Below are positions 1 through 10,607 of a stretch of 64,000 nucleotides of DNA, in pieces. Numbering within the stretch: the stretch's first letter is position 1; every line of letters starts with the position of its first letter. The notes below the pieces were generated by a model. It was not told the DNA's origin, did not search any database, and worked only from the letters and a program-made list of their open reading frames with translations. The translations under genes and the position numbers were made by a program. The DNA lies in the NCBI GenBank assembly GCA_044222185.1, contig JBGANV010000006.1, forward strand, positions 320,001 to 384,000. The letters are read 5' to 3'. Source of the DNA: Planctomycetota bacterium (GTDB taxonomy: Bacteria; Planctomycetota; GCA-002687715; CAIWVZ01).

Positions 1-2
1 AC

Positions 3-728
3 TACAAGGCCGACAGCGAACTGATGCGTCTTTGCGCGCGCGCGGGGGAGGGGCCCGTGCCCGTCTCGCGGGACCTGTTCGACGTCCTGCGAGCGGCTCG
101 CGAGGTCTCCGAGGCGAGCGACGGTGCATTCGACGTGACCATCGGCCCGGTCGTCGCGCTGTGGCGGCGGGCGCGGGGCGAGGGACGCAGGCCGGCGGCC
201 GCCGAGATTGCGGCGGCGCGCGCGATGGTGGATTGGCGGCGCGTCAATCTCGACCCGAGCGAGTGCACGGTGACGCTCGATCGGGCCGGCACCCGGCTGG
301 ACCTGGGGGGCATCGGGAAGGGCTTCGCTTGCGAGAAGGCCGTCGGCGAGCTGAAAGCGCGGGGTTTTCGGCGATGCCTCGTGGCGCTCGCGGGAGACAT
401 CTTCTGTGGCGATGCGCCGCCCGGCGCAGGCGGCTGGAGGATCGGCGTCAGCGGGGGCCGATCCCTCGAGCTCGAGAACTGCGCCGTCTCGACGTCGGGA
501 GACGCGGAGCAATCGCTCGAAGTCGACGGCACGCGATACTCACACATCGTCGACCCGCAGTCGGGACTGGGCCTCGTGCTCCACGGCGAGGTGACGATCG
601 TCGCCTCCACGGGGGCCATCGCGGATGCCCTCGCCACGGCCGTCGACATCGTTGGACCCGAGCGGGGCGCGGCGGTCGTGCGGCGCTTCCCAGGCGCGCG
701 CGCGATCACCACGGCTGCGTCGCCGTGA
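3..728 (+). CDS. apbE: FAD:protein FMN transferase (ApbE family), 5'-partial
   Basis: Frame open from the window edge (YKADSELMRL). Motifs GAFDVTIGP, LDLGGIGKG, AVSTSGD, YSHIVDP and ADALATA are typical of ApbE. Confidence 0.92.
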   Translation, partial: YKADSELMRLCARAGEGPVPVSRDLFDVLRAAREVSEASDGAFDVTIGPVVALWRRARGEGRRPAAAEIAAARAMVDWRRVNLDPSECTVTLDRAGTRLDLGGIGKGFACEKAVGELKARGFRRCLVALAGDIFCGDAPPGAGGWRIGVSGGRSLELENCAVSTSGDAEQSLEVDGTRYSHIVDPQSGLGLVLHGEVTIVASTGAIADALATAVDIVGPERGAAVVRRFPGARAITTAASP

Positions 729-743
729 CTCCAGCGCGGGGGG

Positions 744-1925
744 TCAGTCCTTGAGCGGCCGCGCCTGGAGGACGATGGGAACGTCCATCTCGGTTCCGTC
801 TCGGAGGATCTTCACCTGGATCGAGTCGCCCACGTTCTTGTCGGAGAGGGCCGCGGCCACATCGGTCGCTCGCTGGATCGGCCGTGAATCGATGGCGAGC
901 ACGATGTCGCCGAGGCGGTAGCGGCCGGCGCCATCGGGGGTGATGCCCCGCAGCCCCGCCTTCGCGGCGGCGCTGCGCGGGAGGATGCTCTCGATCATCG
1001 CGCCGGACTTGGGGACCCGATTGAATCGGACGAGCCGCTCCATCTGCTCGTCCGGCGCCAGGTTGATCCCGATGGCCGGGCGCTCGCGGCGGCCATGGCG
1101 GATGAGCTCGGGAACGACCTGGTTGATCACGTCCACGGGAAGGGCGAAACCGATCCCGGCATAGGCGCCCGAGGGGCTGACGATCGCCGTGTTCATCCCG
1201 ATCAGGCGTCCCGCGCTGTCGAGCAGCGGGCCCCCCGAGTTGCCCGGGTTGATCGCGGCGTCCGTCTGGATCACGCCGTTGATCTCGTTTCCCTCCGCGG
1301 ATTTGATCTGGCGGTTCAGGCCCGAGATGACACCCGTCGTCAGCGTCTGGTCGAGGCCGAACGGGTTGCCGATGGCGAGTACCTTCTGACCGACGCGCAG
1401 ATCGTTCGACGCACCGATCGACAGGGGACGGAGCTTGGACCTGGGCGCATCGGGGATCTTCAGCACCGCGATGTCGAGCTCGGGCGCCGTACCCACCAGG
1501 ATCCCGTTGTAGGACGACCCGTCGGAGAGGATCACCTCGAACGTGTCCCCGTCCTTCACGACGTGGTTGTTCGTGACGATGTGTCCCTGGTCGTTCCAGA
1601 TGAAGCCGGTGCCGCTGCCTTGCGGGATCTCGGTGTAATCGAGTCTGCGGTACCCGGCGAGCGCCATGTTCGTGATGTGGAGCACGCTGGGCGCCGACTG
1701 CTCGAACAAGCTGATCGTCGCCTGTTCGTCGCTGCCCAGGTCGCCGCGCGGCGCGACCGTCCGGGGCGCGGCCTTCGGATCGAACAGCGTTCCGCTGGTC
1801 CCGAACCACAGCTTCCACGCGAGCATGCCGATCAGGATCAGGCTGCCCACGACGAGGACGCGCGAGAGCGTGGACGTCTCGCTCCGCCCCGTTGAACCGT
1901 AGGCCTCCCAGGGTGTCTGGTTCAT
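744..1925 (-). CDS. HtrA/DegP-family trypsin-like serine protease with N-terminal TM helix and one PDZ domain
   Basis: TNNHVV (His), DIAVLK (Asp), QTDAAINPGNSGGPL (Ser); C-terminal PDZ-like segment (SAAAKAGL...GDIVLAID). Confidence 0.95.
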   Translation of the reverse strand: MNQTPWEAYGSTGRSETSTLSRVLVVGSLILIGMLAWKLWFGTSGTLFDPKAAPRTVAPRGDLGSDEQATISLFEQSAPSVLHITNMALAGYRRLDYTEIPQGSGTGFIWNDQGHIVTNNHVVKDGDTFEVILSDGSSYNGILVGTAPELDIAVLKIPDAPRSKLRPLSIGASNDLRVGQKVLAIGNPFGLDQTLTTGVISGLNRQIKSAEGNEINGVIQTDAAINPGNSGGPLLDSAGRLIGMNTAIVSPSGAYAGIGFALPVDVINQVVPELIRHGRRERPAIGINLAPDEQMERLVRFNRVPKSGAMIESILPRSAAAKAGLRGITPDGAGRYRLGDIVLAIDSRPIQRATDVAAALSDKNVGDSIQVKILRDGTEMDVPIVLQARPLKD

Positions 1926-1956
1926 GGTGCGTTGGATGTTGCGAACACGCGGCGGA

Positions 1957-3240
1957 TCAGACCAGCGGAGTCCGTCCCGGGATCGGTACGGGCGCGATGG
2001 GCAGATCCCCCAGCTTCAGCTCCTTCGGGAACAGGTCGAGCTTGGAATTCAGGGCGAAGTCCCAAGTGACCTCCTGCCCTGAATACGCGGACATGCGTCC
2101 CATGATGGCCGTGAGGGTGGATTCCGCGATGCGACGGGCCTCGTTCAGCGGCTTGCCGGCCCGGATGCTGGTGATGAGGTCGATGTGCTCCTGGACGTAG
2201 GGATCGGTGCGCTCCTTCTTGGGGACCCGCCAGGCGTTCTTGCCCTCGATCCGTCCGCCGCAGTCGGCCCGTCCCTGGGTCCCGACCGCGTACTCGGCCA
2301 CGCGTGAGGCGGTCCCTTCGATCTGGCGACAGAAGCTCGTTCCGCGCCGTCCGCCCGGATACTCGTACTCGATGGCGAAGTGGTCGAAGATGTTGCCGAA
2401 CACGGGCTCGACGCGGACCTGGCGCCCGCCCATCCCGTACGCCTTCACTGGCGTGGCGCCCATGGCCCAGTTCATGACGTCCAGGTTGTGGACGTGCTGC
2501 TCGACGATGTGGTCCCCGGAGATCCAGCAGAAGTAGAGCCAGTTGCGGAGCTGCCACTCCATCTCCGAGTCACCCTTGCGGCGCTCGTGCGACCAGAGGC
2601 TTCCCTGGTTCCAGTAGCAGCTGGCCGACACGACCTCGCCGATCGCGCCGTCCTGGATCCTCTGCATCGTCTCCAGGTACTCGCCCTGGTGGCGGCGCTG
2701 CGTTCCGCAGACGAAGCCCAGTTTCTTCTCGTCGATCGCCTTGGCGGCGTCGAGCACCATCCTCACACCCGTTGCATCCGTCGCGACCGGCTTCTCGGCG
2801 AAGATGTGCTTGCCCGCGTCCACCGCCGCCTTGATGTGCCGCGGGCGGAAGCCCGGTGGCGTTGCGAGGATGATGAGGTCGATGCCGGAGGCGAGGACCT
2901 TGTCGATGGCATCGAACCCGACGAAGCAGTGATCCTCGGCGACCTTCGAGCGATCTCCCAGACCCTCCAGGTGTCCGCGGCAGGCGTCCACGCGCTCCTT
3001 GAACACGTCGCCGATGGAGACGATGCGCACGGCCGGGTCCGCATCCAGGGCATTCGCGGCCGCGCCGGTCCCGCGTCCACCGCACCCGATGAGTCCGACC
3101 TTGATCTCGTCGCGGCCGCCCACGTGGAAGTCTCCGCGCGGAAGCGGCATGGCGAGCGCGGCGGAGACCATGGCCGCGCTGCGGAGGAACTCACGTCGTG
3201 ATGGGGAAGTGTCGTTCGGCCGGTTGGTCGCGTCGTTCAT
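1957..3240 (-). CDS. Gfo/Idh/MocA-family oxidoreductase with Tat signal
   Basis: SRREFLR Tat motif, VGLIGCGGRG Rossmann motif, HIFAEKPVA, EQHVHNLD. Start moved to ATG 3240. Confidence 0.92.
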   Translation of the reverse strand: MNDATNRPNDTSPSRREFLRSAAMVSAALAMPLPRGDFHVGGRDEIKVGLIGCGGRGTGAAANALDADPAVRIVSIGDVFKERVDACRGHLEGLGDRSKVAEDHCFVGFDAIDKVLASGIDLIILATPPGFRPRHIKAAVDAGKHIFAEKPVATDATGVRMVLDAAKAIDEKKLGFVCGTQRRHQGEYLETMQRIQDGAIGEVVSASCYWNQGSLWSHERRKGDSEMEWQLRNWLYFCWISGDHIVEQHVHNLDVMNWAMGATPVKAYGMGGRQVRVEPVFGNIFDHFAIEYEYPGGRRGTSFCRQIEGTASRVAEYAVGTQGRADCGGRIEGKNAWRVPKKERTDPYVQEHIDLITSIRAGKPLNEARRIAESTLTAIMGRMSAYSGQEVTWDFALNSKLDLFPKELKLGDLPIAPVPIPGRTPLV

Positions 3241-3370
3241 GAGGCACTCCATCGGTGAGGCGCGGCGAGCGGCGGTGCGCTCAGCGCGCCGCGCTCCCGC
3301 CAGGTCGGCGCACACTATGCCACAGCTCGCGCCGTTTGTCGCTCGTTCGCGGGTCGCATACGCTCGCGGG

Positions 3371-4780
3371 ATGACGAAGGACGACCTGACGGTGGCCGGC
3401 GTGAGGGACGCGGCCCACCACCGCCGCGGCGGTCGGCGCTGGGCCCGTTGGGCGGTCCTGGCGGTGCTTGCGCTGCTCCTGACCGTGGGCTGGTGGCTGC
3501 GCAACGCCGCCGTCGTTGCGACCGGTTTCGCGGCACGTCGCGCATGCACGGCCGTGTTCCTTTCCGACCTGGAACCCGACCGGGTGCTTCGCGAGGATCT
3601 GGCGCTCGCGGTGAGCTATGGCATCAGTCTGGACGTCGACCGTGAGCACCGAACGGTCGTCGCCAAGGCTCACCTGGGCCTGGCGCGCCGATGTGCGGTG
3701 TTCGTCCCCGGACGGGGGGCCGTGCTGGCGAACGAGGATGCGGACGGGTGTCCAGTCGTGCCGGCTCCCGTCGATTCCAGCGACTCGCGACCGCCGGTGC
3801 CCGCCGCCGTCGCGGAGGCGGCTTCCGACAGCGCGCTCGCCGGAGTCCTCTCGCAGGCGTTCGTCGAGCCGGACCGCCAACACCTGCGGAACACCCGCGC
3901 GGTCGCCGTGGTGCAGGATGGCCGGTTGCTCGCCGCGCGCTACGCGCCGGGGGTGGGGCCGCAAACGCCGCTGCTCGGTTGGTCCATGACCAAGAGCGTG
4001 CTGAACGCGCTCGTCGGCATCGCGGTGCACGACGGCCGCATCCGCATCGGCGATCGCGCGCCCATCGCCGAGTGGGACGATCCCGCCGACCCTCGTCACG
4101 CGATCACCTACGAGGACCTGCTGCGCATGCGAACGGGACTGCGGTTCACGGAAGCGTACGACGACCCGTTCTCCGACATTTCGCGGATGCTCTTTCGCGA
4201 GCCCGACATGGCCGCGTTCGCCGTGCGCGCGCCGATCGAGGTGCCCGTCGGTTCGCGGTGGCAGTACTCCAGCGGCACGTCGCTGATCCTCACGCGCGCC
4301 CTCCAACGCGCGCTCGGGGTGAACGACCTCGCGACCTTCGCGCGTGAACGGCTGTTCCATCCGCTCGGGATCCGATCGGCGGTGATCGAGGAGGACGCCA
4401 GCGGCACGATCGTGGCTTCGTCGCTCATGTGGGCGACGACGCGCGATTGGATCCGCTTCGGCGAGCTGTTCCTCGCCGATGGAGTGTGGCAGGGCAGGCG
4501 GATCCTCCCTGAAGGCTGGGTGTCGGCGAGCATGAAGCCGACGGCGAGTTCTCGGATCGGCAGCCATGGTGCGCACTGGTGGACGAATGCGGGCGACGGC
4601 AAGTCCCGCACGATGCCCACGCTTCCCGCCGACGCGTTCTTCGCCAACGGCTTCGAAGGTCAGTGGGTCCTCGTGATTCCCTCGCGGCGCTGCGTGATCG
4701 CGCGACTGGGCGTCTCCATGCGTGGTGCGGCGTTCCCCATGGAGGAGTTCGCGGGCCAGGTTCTCGCAGCGCTTCCCTGA
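3371..4780 (+). CDS. Serine hydrolase, beta-lactamase class C-like family, membrane-anchored
   Basis: WSMTKS (SxxK), WQYSSG, LLRMRTGL, FFANGFEGQ; N-terminal TM helix. Start placed at ATG 3371, 6 nt after TACGCT. Confidence 0.88.
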   Translation: MTKDDLTVAGVRDAAHHRRGGRRWARWAVLAVLALLLTVGWWLRNAAVVATGFAARRACTAVFLSDLEPDRVLREDLALAVSYGISLDVDREHRTVVAKAHLGLARRCAVFVPGRGAVLANEDADGCPVVPAPVDSSDSRPPVPAAVAEAASDSALAGVLSQAFVEPDRQHLRNTRAVAVVQDGRLLAARYAPGVGPQTPLLGWSMTKSVLNALVGIAVHDGRIRIGDRAPIAEWDDPADPRHAITYEDLLRMRTGLRFTEAYDDPFSDISRMLFREPDMAAFAVRAPIEVPVGSRWQYSSGTSLILTRALQRALGVNDLATFARERLFHPLGIRSAVIEEDASGTIVASSLMWATTRDWIRFGELFLADGVWQGRRILPEGWVSASMKPTASSRIGSHGAHWWTNAGDGKSRTMPTLPADAFFANGFEGQWVLVIPSRRCVIARLGVSMRGAAFPMEEFAGQVLAALP

Positions 4781-4906
4781 CCGCCGCGTCGACGACGCTC
4801 ATCTCGGCCGCGACCCGTGACCCGCGCGCCCGCCCACCAACGACTCGCGCACCGACGGCCTGCGGACTCGCGCGCCGTGATCGATGCGACTACCATCACC
4901 ACGCGA

Positions 4907-7588
4907 ATGGAGTCGACCGTGGGACGACGTGTCGTTTTGGCTGTCGGGAGCGTCCTCGTCATTGCTGGAGCCATGTTCTGGCTTCTCGACCACGGCACCG
5001 GGCGCGCGTCCGATCTCAGTGCGGGTGGGCCGGCGCCGTTGATTCCTCCGCCCGAGCGCCCTCCGCCGGCGCAGGCCTCGACCGGCGTCGTCACGGCGCA
5101 GCCCTTCGACGTGCGTTCCGAGTCCTCGCCGTCGGCCGCGGCCAGCCGGCCTGCGACGGGCGCATCACTGACCGTTCGCCTCACGTGGGGTGACGATCAC
5201 TCGCCGGCAACGGGGGTTTTCGTTCACGTGGTGGAGTGGGGCGCACGCAGCGGAGTGCGCAAGACCCGCGAACTGCAGTCCGACGACCGCGGCATCATCC
5301 TCATGACCGACCTCGCGCCGGGGCACGTCGGGATGTACGTCGATCGCGGAGGCGGCAAGACCGTGACCCTGAAAGCGGGTGACGCGATGACCGTCGAGAT
5401 CGAGATCCCGGCGGGCCCCACGGTCGCCGGTGCGGTCGTCGATCTGGACGGAAAGCCCGTGGGCGGCGCGGACGTCTGGCTCTCGGACTATGGCAACCAG
5501 ACTGAAGGTCGGGTGGTGGCCAGGACGGATGCTCGCGGCTCGTTCATGCTCCGCTGCGTCACGCCGATGCGGTGGGTCGCGGCGCGTGCCGAGGGCCATG
5601 CCGCGTCGGGCGCGTACCTGATCGACGAGGCGAAGCCGCGAGAGACGGTGACCGTGCGATTGCGCCTCGGCGGGCCCGCCGGCGTCGTTCGTGGGACGGT
5701 CGCGCGAGCCGATGGGTCTTCGGTCGAAGGTGCGACGGTCCGCGTCGTTTCCCTGTCGGCGCGGTCGGTGAACCAGGGTGCCGAGGATCCGCCACCGCCG
5801 GTGGTGATGCGAAGCGGGGTCGACGGCACGTTCGTCGCGGCAAGCCTCCCGGCCGGGACGACGTCCGTCCAGGTGCGCTCTCCGGGGCTCGCGCCCTTCA
5901 AGCAGGGCGTCGACGTCAAGGCCGGAGAGACCATCGACTTGAAGGTGGTCCTCGGCCGCGGCGCCACCGTGGTCGGAAGCGTGCGGACGGCGGATGGGAA
6001 GCCCGCCGCGAAGGCCTTCGTCGGGATCGGGTCGTACGGCGACTTCATGTCGTCGTCGACGGACGCCGGCGCCGACGGCTCGTTCCACATCGACAGCCTC
6101 GCCGCGGGCACCATCGAGATCCGGACGGAAGTCCGCGGGCTCGGCAAGGCGAAGGCGTCTCTGGCGTGCGCGGAGGGATCCGAGGTCCGGTGGGACGCCG
6201 TCCTGGATCCCGGCCTGCAGATCGTCGGATTCGTGCGCGATGCGAACGACCAGCCGCTCGTGGATTGGATCGTCAATGCGACGATCATGAAGGAGCACGG
6301 GCCTTGGGCCGGACAGGCCACGACGAATCGCGACGGCCGATTCGCCATCACGAACTGCCCGCCGCAGAAGCGCTTCCACGTCGAGGTCCTCGACCGGAAC
6401 GCGGGTTTCGGCGCGCAGGCGATCAAGGCGACCAAGGACGACGTGGAGCCCAGCTCGTTCGAGCACGTCTTCAAGATCGCGGTCGCGCTCGGCCCGGCGC
6501 TGAAGGGGCGCCTCGTGGATCCCGATGGGAAGCCTCTGGCTGCCGTCGTTCGTGCGACGCCGCTCGGCGGCAACGGCGGCGCTTCCGCGAACACCGAGTC
6601 GGCGTCGGCGACGGGCGCCTTCGCGTTCGCTTCGCTCGTCCCCGGCACGTGGCGCGTCGTCGTCGAACGCGCGCCCGTCGGCGTCCACGATCTCGGCGAG
6701 CTGACGATCGACGCCGGCAAGCCTCGTGACCTGGGAGACGTCATGCTGCGACCGCTCGGCACCCTCGTCATCGACCTGGACGACGCGGAGACGCAGGGGC
6801 CGCAGGTGAACTACGAGATCCGTCCCACGCTTCCGCCGAGCGAGCCCCACGACGGGGTTCGGTGGAGCGCGTGGGCCCCGTCGCTCAAGTCCGCCCACGT
6901 CGACCTGCCGAAACCGCTGTCGCTCGCTCCGGGCGCGTACACCGTCGTCGTCACCGGTCCACGCATCGAGGCCCAGTCACTCTCGTTCGAAGTGAATCCG
7001 GGACAGGAGACGCGCGTCCGGGTGCAGCCGAACGTGGGCGTCCCGTGCACGGTCCGCTTCGTCGCGTCGCCCGGCGACGCGCTGCCGCGGGTGCGCTGGC
7101 AGGTCTCGGCCGAGCTGGCGGGCGGCGTCACGCGAAGCGGAACGGTCGACCCGGCCTCGGGCGGCGAGCCGGTCGCCGCGATGACTCTTCCCCCGGGCGC
7201 CTACCGACTCCACGCCTCCACCGTCACCGGGATGAACGTCGAGAAGTCGTTCGAGATCGCTCCCGGCTCGGTGCGCCAGGATCTCGAGGTCGCGGTCCCG
7301 CCATCCTGGCCGGCGGACGGGATCCCCGTGACGTTCCGGTTCACGATGCCGGACGGTGGAAAGCCCGCCGCGATCGAGTTCCTCGTGGCTCCGGGCCGCT
7401 CGAAGCGACCGGTTGGCGGTGGGGTCGCGTCGCGCACAGCCTCCGGCTCGTTCGAAGGGCGCGGGCGACTTTCCGCGGGCACCTACATCATCGCCGTGGT
7501 CCAGGACGCGTCGCGGAACGTGTACCCCTGCACGATCGACGATGGCGCGAAGGAGGCGGTCGTCGACATCAGGTTGGGCGAGAGATGA
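4907..7588 (+). CDS. Membrane-anchored protein with multiple carboxypeptidase-regulatory-like (beta-sandwich) repeats
   Basis: N-terminal TM helix; repeated GxVxDxxGxPxxGAxV...TDxxGxF units. Confidence 0.8.
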   Translation: MESTVGRRVVLAVGSVLVIAGAMFWLLDHGTGRASDLSAGGPAPLIPPPERPPPAQASTGVVTAQPFDVRSESSPSAAASRPATGASLTVRLTWGDDHSPATGVFVHVVEWGARSGVRKTRELQSDDRGIILMTDLAPGHVGMYVDRGGGKTVTLKAGDAMTVEIEIPAGPTVAGAVVDLDGKPVGGADVWLSDYGNQTEGRVVARTDARGSFMLRCVTPMRWVAARAEGHAASGAYLIDEAKPRETVTVRLRLGGPAGVVRGTVARADGSSVEGATVRVVSLSARSVNQGAEDPPPPVVMRSGVDGTFVAASLPAGTTSVQVRSPGLAPFKQGVDVKAGETIDLKVVLGRGATVVGSVRTADGKPAAKAFVGIGSYGDFMSSSTDAGADGSFHIDSLAAGTIEIRTEVRGLGKAKASLACAEGSEVRWDAVLDPGLQIVGFVRDANDQPLVDWIVNATIMKEHGPWAGQATTNRDGRFAITNCPPQKRFHVEVLDRNAGFGAQAIKATKDDVEPSSFEHVFKIAVALGPALKGRLVDPDGKPLAAVVRATPLGGNGGASANTESASATGAFAFASLVPGTWRVVVERAPVGVHDLGELTIDAGKPRDLGDVMLRPLGTLVIDLDDAETQGPQVNYEIRPTLPPSEPHDGVRWSAWAPSLKSAHVDLPKPLSLAPGAYTVVVTGPRIEAQSLSFEVNPGQETRVRVQPNVGVPCTVRFVASPGDALPRVRWQVSAELAGGVTRSGTVDPASGGEPVAAMTLPPGAYRLHASTVTGMNVEKSFEIAPGSVRQDLEVAVPPSWPADGIPVTFRFTMPDGGKPAAIEFLVAPGRSKRPVGGGVASRTASGSFEGRGRLSAGTYIIAVVQDASRNVYPCTIDDGAKEAVVDIRLGER

Positions 7589-7675
7589 TCGCCGCGCGGC
7601 CCCGCTTCCTCGGCGGCCGCGCCAGCACTGAGGGTGTCTGTCGCCGGTGCGTCCGCTCGGTCGGCACCCGATCCG

Positions 7676-9034
7676 TCAGTGGATGATCCCCCGGTGCGAG
7701 TTCGTGATGCTGCGGATGAGCGGCTGGCTGTAGGCCGGCATGCCCGGGCGTGCCGTCGCGCCGCCGAAGAACAAGGCCGCGCCCGGAACCGAAGGGATCA
7801 CGGGCGTCTGAATCACGACCTCGCCGGTTGGGCCTGCGGTCCCAAGCGCCAGCGGCACGGCGTTCACCCACATCGTCGTGGCGATGTCCGGCCAGATCGG
7901 AATGTCGCCCACGGGTGAGTTGATCCCGGGTGCCGTCGTGAGGCAGAGACCGACGATGTAGTCGTCGCCTGGGCGCGCGCGCAGCAGCAGGCTTGGCGTC
8001 GTGCCGGCGATGAACTCGCCCTGCGCGAGCACGATCTGCGGGCGAAACAGCTCGATGTGAACCGTGGGCGTTGAGTTGCCGGCGCCTGCCTCCAGCGTCA
8101 CGGTGCGCGGATCCGTCGCCGACCCGGTGAACGTGCTGCTGATGAGGACGGCCGAATCCAGCGGGATCGGTGGAGAGCCGGGCCCGAACGTCACGAGGAG
8201 ATGCAGGATCCCGGTGATGACGTGGGTCACGGGCGCAAAAAGGAGGAACGACGGGTTCGCCGGGTCGACGGCGAAGCTCGCACCCGTCGCAGGCGCCGCG
8301 ATGCCCATGTCGACCACGCGGTAGAGGTTCGGGTTGGCGTTGGACCGTTGAAGGCCGAGGCCGCCCGTGAGCGTGTTGCTCGCGGTGCCGATCCACGACG
8401 TCGACGGCTTCACGACCGTCTCCCACACCGTCGACGGCGGGTAGAAGTCCTGCTTCATGTTCACGTGACACGAGAGCGTGAATGCAGAGCACGTGAGCAC
8501 GCCGTCGAGACGGACGATGCTGTGGTAATGGCTCGGGATCACGATGCCACTGACCTGGAGCGTGCCCGGATACGTCGTCGTCGCGGCCCCGGGCGTCCCC
8601 GGTGTCACGGCGATCTCCGTGTTCAGAGTGAGCGTCAGCCAGGATCCGTCGACGAAGCGCACGACGGGCGGTTGCGACGACTGCAGCGTGCCCGGCGGCG
8701 AGCCGGGTTGAGGTCGCATCGTGATCCCGAGCCTCGTCGAGGGGTCGATCGCCGCCATCTCGAACTCCACGACGTTCCAGGTGTTCGGCGTGGGGGGAGG
8801 CAGGAAATCGATCAGGAAGAAGGCGCCCTTGTTGTCGCGAAGCGGTTCGGCGAAATCTGCGCTGACGGGAGTCATGACGCCGCCGATCGGAAGGGATCCC
8901 ACGAGGGAACTCGTCTGGGGTGAGTTGATGTCCCCGTCGGGCACCAGCCAGAAGTTCGAGAGGTTCTGGGCCTCGAGGGCGGCGCTGACCAGGAGGGCGA
9001 CGACGAGGGGGCGGATCAAGATTCGTCCTGTCAT
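7676..9034 (-). CDS. Secreted hypothetical protein with C-terminal beta-rich domain (type B, see findings)
   Basis: Signal peptide MTGRILIRPLVVALLVSAALEAQ; Pro/Thr/Gly-rich beta-type sequence; ATG 9034. Confidence 0.7.
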   Translation of the reverse strand: MTGRILIRPLVVALLVSAALEAQNLSNFWLVPDGDINSPQTSSLVGSLPIGGVMTPVSADFAEPLRDNKGAFFLIDFLPPPTPNTWNVVEFEMAAIDPSTRLGITMRPQPGSPPGTLQSSQPPVVRFVDGSWLTLTLNTEIAVTPGTPGAATTTYPGTLQVSGIVIPSHYHSIVRLDGVLTCSAFTLSCHVNMKQDFYPPSTVWETVVKPSTSWIGTASNTLTGGLGLQRSNANPNLYRVVDMGIAAPATGASFAVDPANPSFLLFAPVTHVITGILHLLVTFGPGSPPIPLDSAVLISSTFTGSATDPRTVTLEAGAGNSTPTVHIELFRPQIVLAQGEFIAGTTPSLLLRARPGDDYIVGLCLTTAPGINSPVGDIPIWPDIATTMWVNAVPLALGTAGPTGEVVIQTPVIPSVPGAALFFGGATARPGMPAYSQPLIRSITNSHRGIIH

Positions 9035-9143
9035 CGCGGGTTTCCGGTGGAGCCTCGTCGCACCATGGCTCGGGTCGCGGGCCGCGAATCGTATCATCCC
9101 GCCTGCGCCCGCGTCGTCGGCGTGAGGCGCGCGCGAGTCGACG

Positions 9144-10598
9144 ATGAAATGTCCCCTTCGGCAGTCACTTTGGCACGCCCGTTCGAACGACGGGTGCTCG
9201 CTTCGGCTGATCATGGTCGTGTCCCTGGCGTTCGCCGTCGGCGCCACGGGGATGGCCCAACAGGACGATCTGTCGATCGCGCGCGCTGCCGTGCAGGCGG
9301 GGAAGACCGGCGTCGCGGTGGATGCCTTCGGCAGGTGGTTGACGATGCATCCCACGGACGTCGACGTCCTTCGTGAGGCGTCGCGGTTCGCGAAACAGGA
9401 GCGCCGACTCTACGAAGCCGCCGCCTGGTTGCAGCGGCTGGTCGAGCAGGACCCGGGAAGTCCGGCCAACCTCTACGACCTCGCAGCGACGCGATTCACA
9501 CAGGGCCGCTTCGAGCTCGCGATTCCACTCCTCCGCCAGATGGAAGCCCTCGAATCCACGACCCCGTCGCTGGCGACGCGGTCCGAACACTATTTTCTCC
9601 ATGGAGATGCGGCGCGCCGGATCGAGCAATGGGGTGAGGCGCTTGCCGCGCTCGAGATCGCGGTCGCGAGGGCTCCCGATCGCCGCGAGTACCGCCGCAT
9701 CTACGCCGAGAGCCTTCACAGCTCCGGCCGTTTCGAGGAGGCGGCGGCGCAGTTCCAGAACCTCGTTCGGGAGGAGCCGCGGGCAGACAACTACTACGGG
9801 CTCGCGGTGGCGTTGGGGGAACAGAACAAGCTCGCCGACGCCGTGACAAACCTCCGCGAAGCTCGCCGCCTGAAGCCCAAGGAACCTCGGACCCTGGCGA
9901 AGCTTGGAACGTATTGCATGCGACGCAACGAGCTGAGGTTCGCCGAGTCGTTCCTGCTCGAGGCGCAGGAAGTCGCCCCGAAGAACGTCGAGACGCTCTT
10001 CGCTCTCGCGCAGGTCTACCGCCTTCAGGGACGCGCAGCGGAGGCGGCGGAGGTTCGCGCGCTCGGCGAGAAGTCGCAGGCGGAACTCGACGCCGCTCGC
10101 GAGCGCGACCGAGTGTTCCGCCGCGCGCGCGTCAACGACCCGGAGAACCTGGCTGCGCACGTCACGTTCGGATTGGACCTGCTCCAGCAAGGCCGTTTCG
10201 ACGACGCGCAGTTGATCTTCCAGCAGATCCTCTCGTTCGCGCCCACGCACGAGCTGTCGATCCTGAACCTGTCGAGTCTCCTGGCGCAAGGCGGAGACAT
10301 GAAGGGCGCGATCCAGGAAGTGACGAAGTTGTTCGACGTGGATCCGAAGCACCCGATCGCGAGCCTTCAGATGGGGCGCCTGCTCATGCGCATGCGCGAC
10401 CCGGGCGCGGCAATCACCCATTTGAAGGTGGCGCTCGAGCGCAACGAGAAGAACCGAGAAGTGCACGAAGCACTGGCGGTCTGCTTCAAGGCGTTGGGCA
10501 ACGTCGAGGAGGCCGAGCGCCACGCGGCCCGCGCGCGATCCCTCGTCGCCGTGGAGTCGCAGCCGGCGGCCGAGTCTGCGCCCACGTCGCGCAGGTGA
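9144..10598 (+). CDS. Tetratricopeptide repeat protein, probably exported
   Basis: Tandem ~34-aa helical repeats (e.g. NYYGLAVALGEQNKLADAVTNLREARRLKP). Start may be 9213. Confidence 0.85.
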   Translation: MKCPLRQSLWHARSNDGCSLRLIMVVSLAFAVGATGMAQQDDLSIARAAVQAGKTGVAVDAFGRWLTMHPTDVDVLREASRFAKQERRLYEAAAWLQRLVEQDPGSPANLYDLAATRFTQGRFELAIPLLRQMEALESTTPSLATRSEHYFLHGDAARRIEQWGEALAALEIAVARAPDRREYRRIYAESLHSSGRFEEAAAQFQNLVREEPRADNYYGLAVALGEQNKLADAVTNLREARRLKPKEPRTLAKLGTYCMRRNELRFAESFLLEAQEVAPKNVETLFALAQVYRLQGRAAEAAEVRALGEKSQAELDAARERDRVFRRARVNDPENLAAHVTFGLDLLQQGRFDDAQLIFQQILSFAPTHELSILNLSSLLAQGGDMKGAIQEVTKLFDVDPKHPIASLQMGRLLMRMRDPGAAITHLKVALERNEKNREVHEALAVCFKALGNVEEAERHAARARSLVAVESQPAAESAPTSRR

Positions 10599-10607
10599 GG
10601 AGGACGG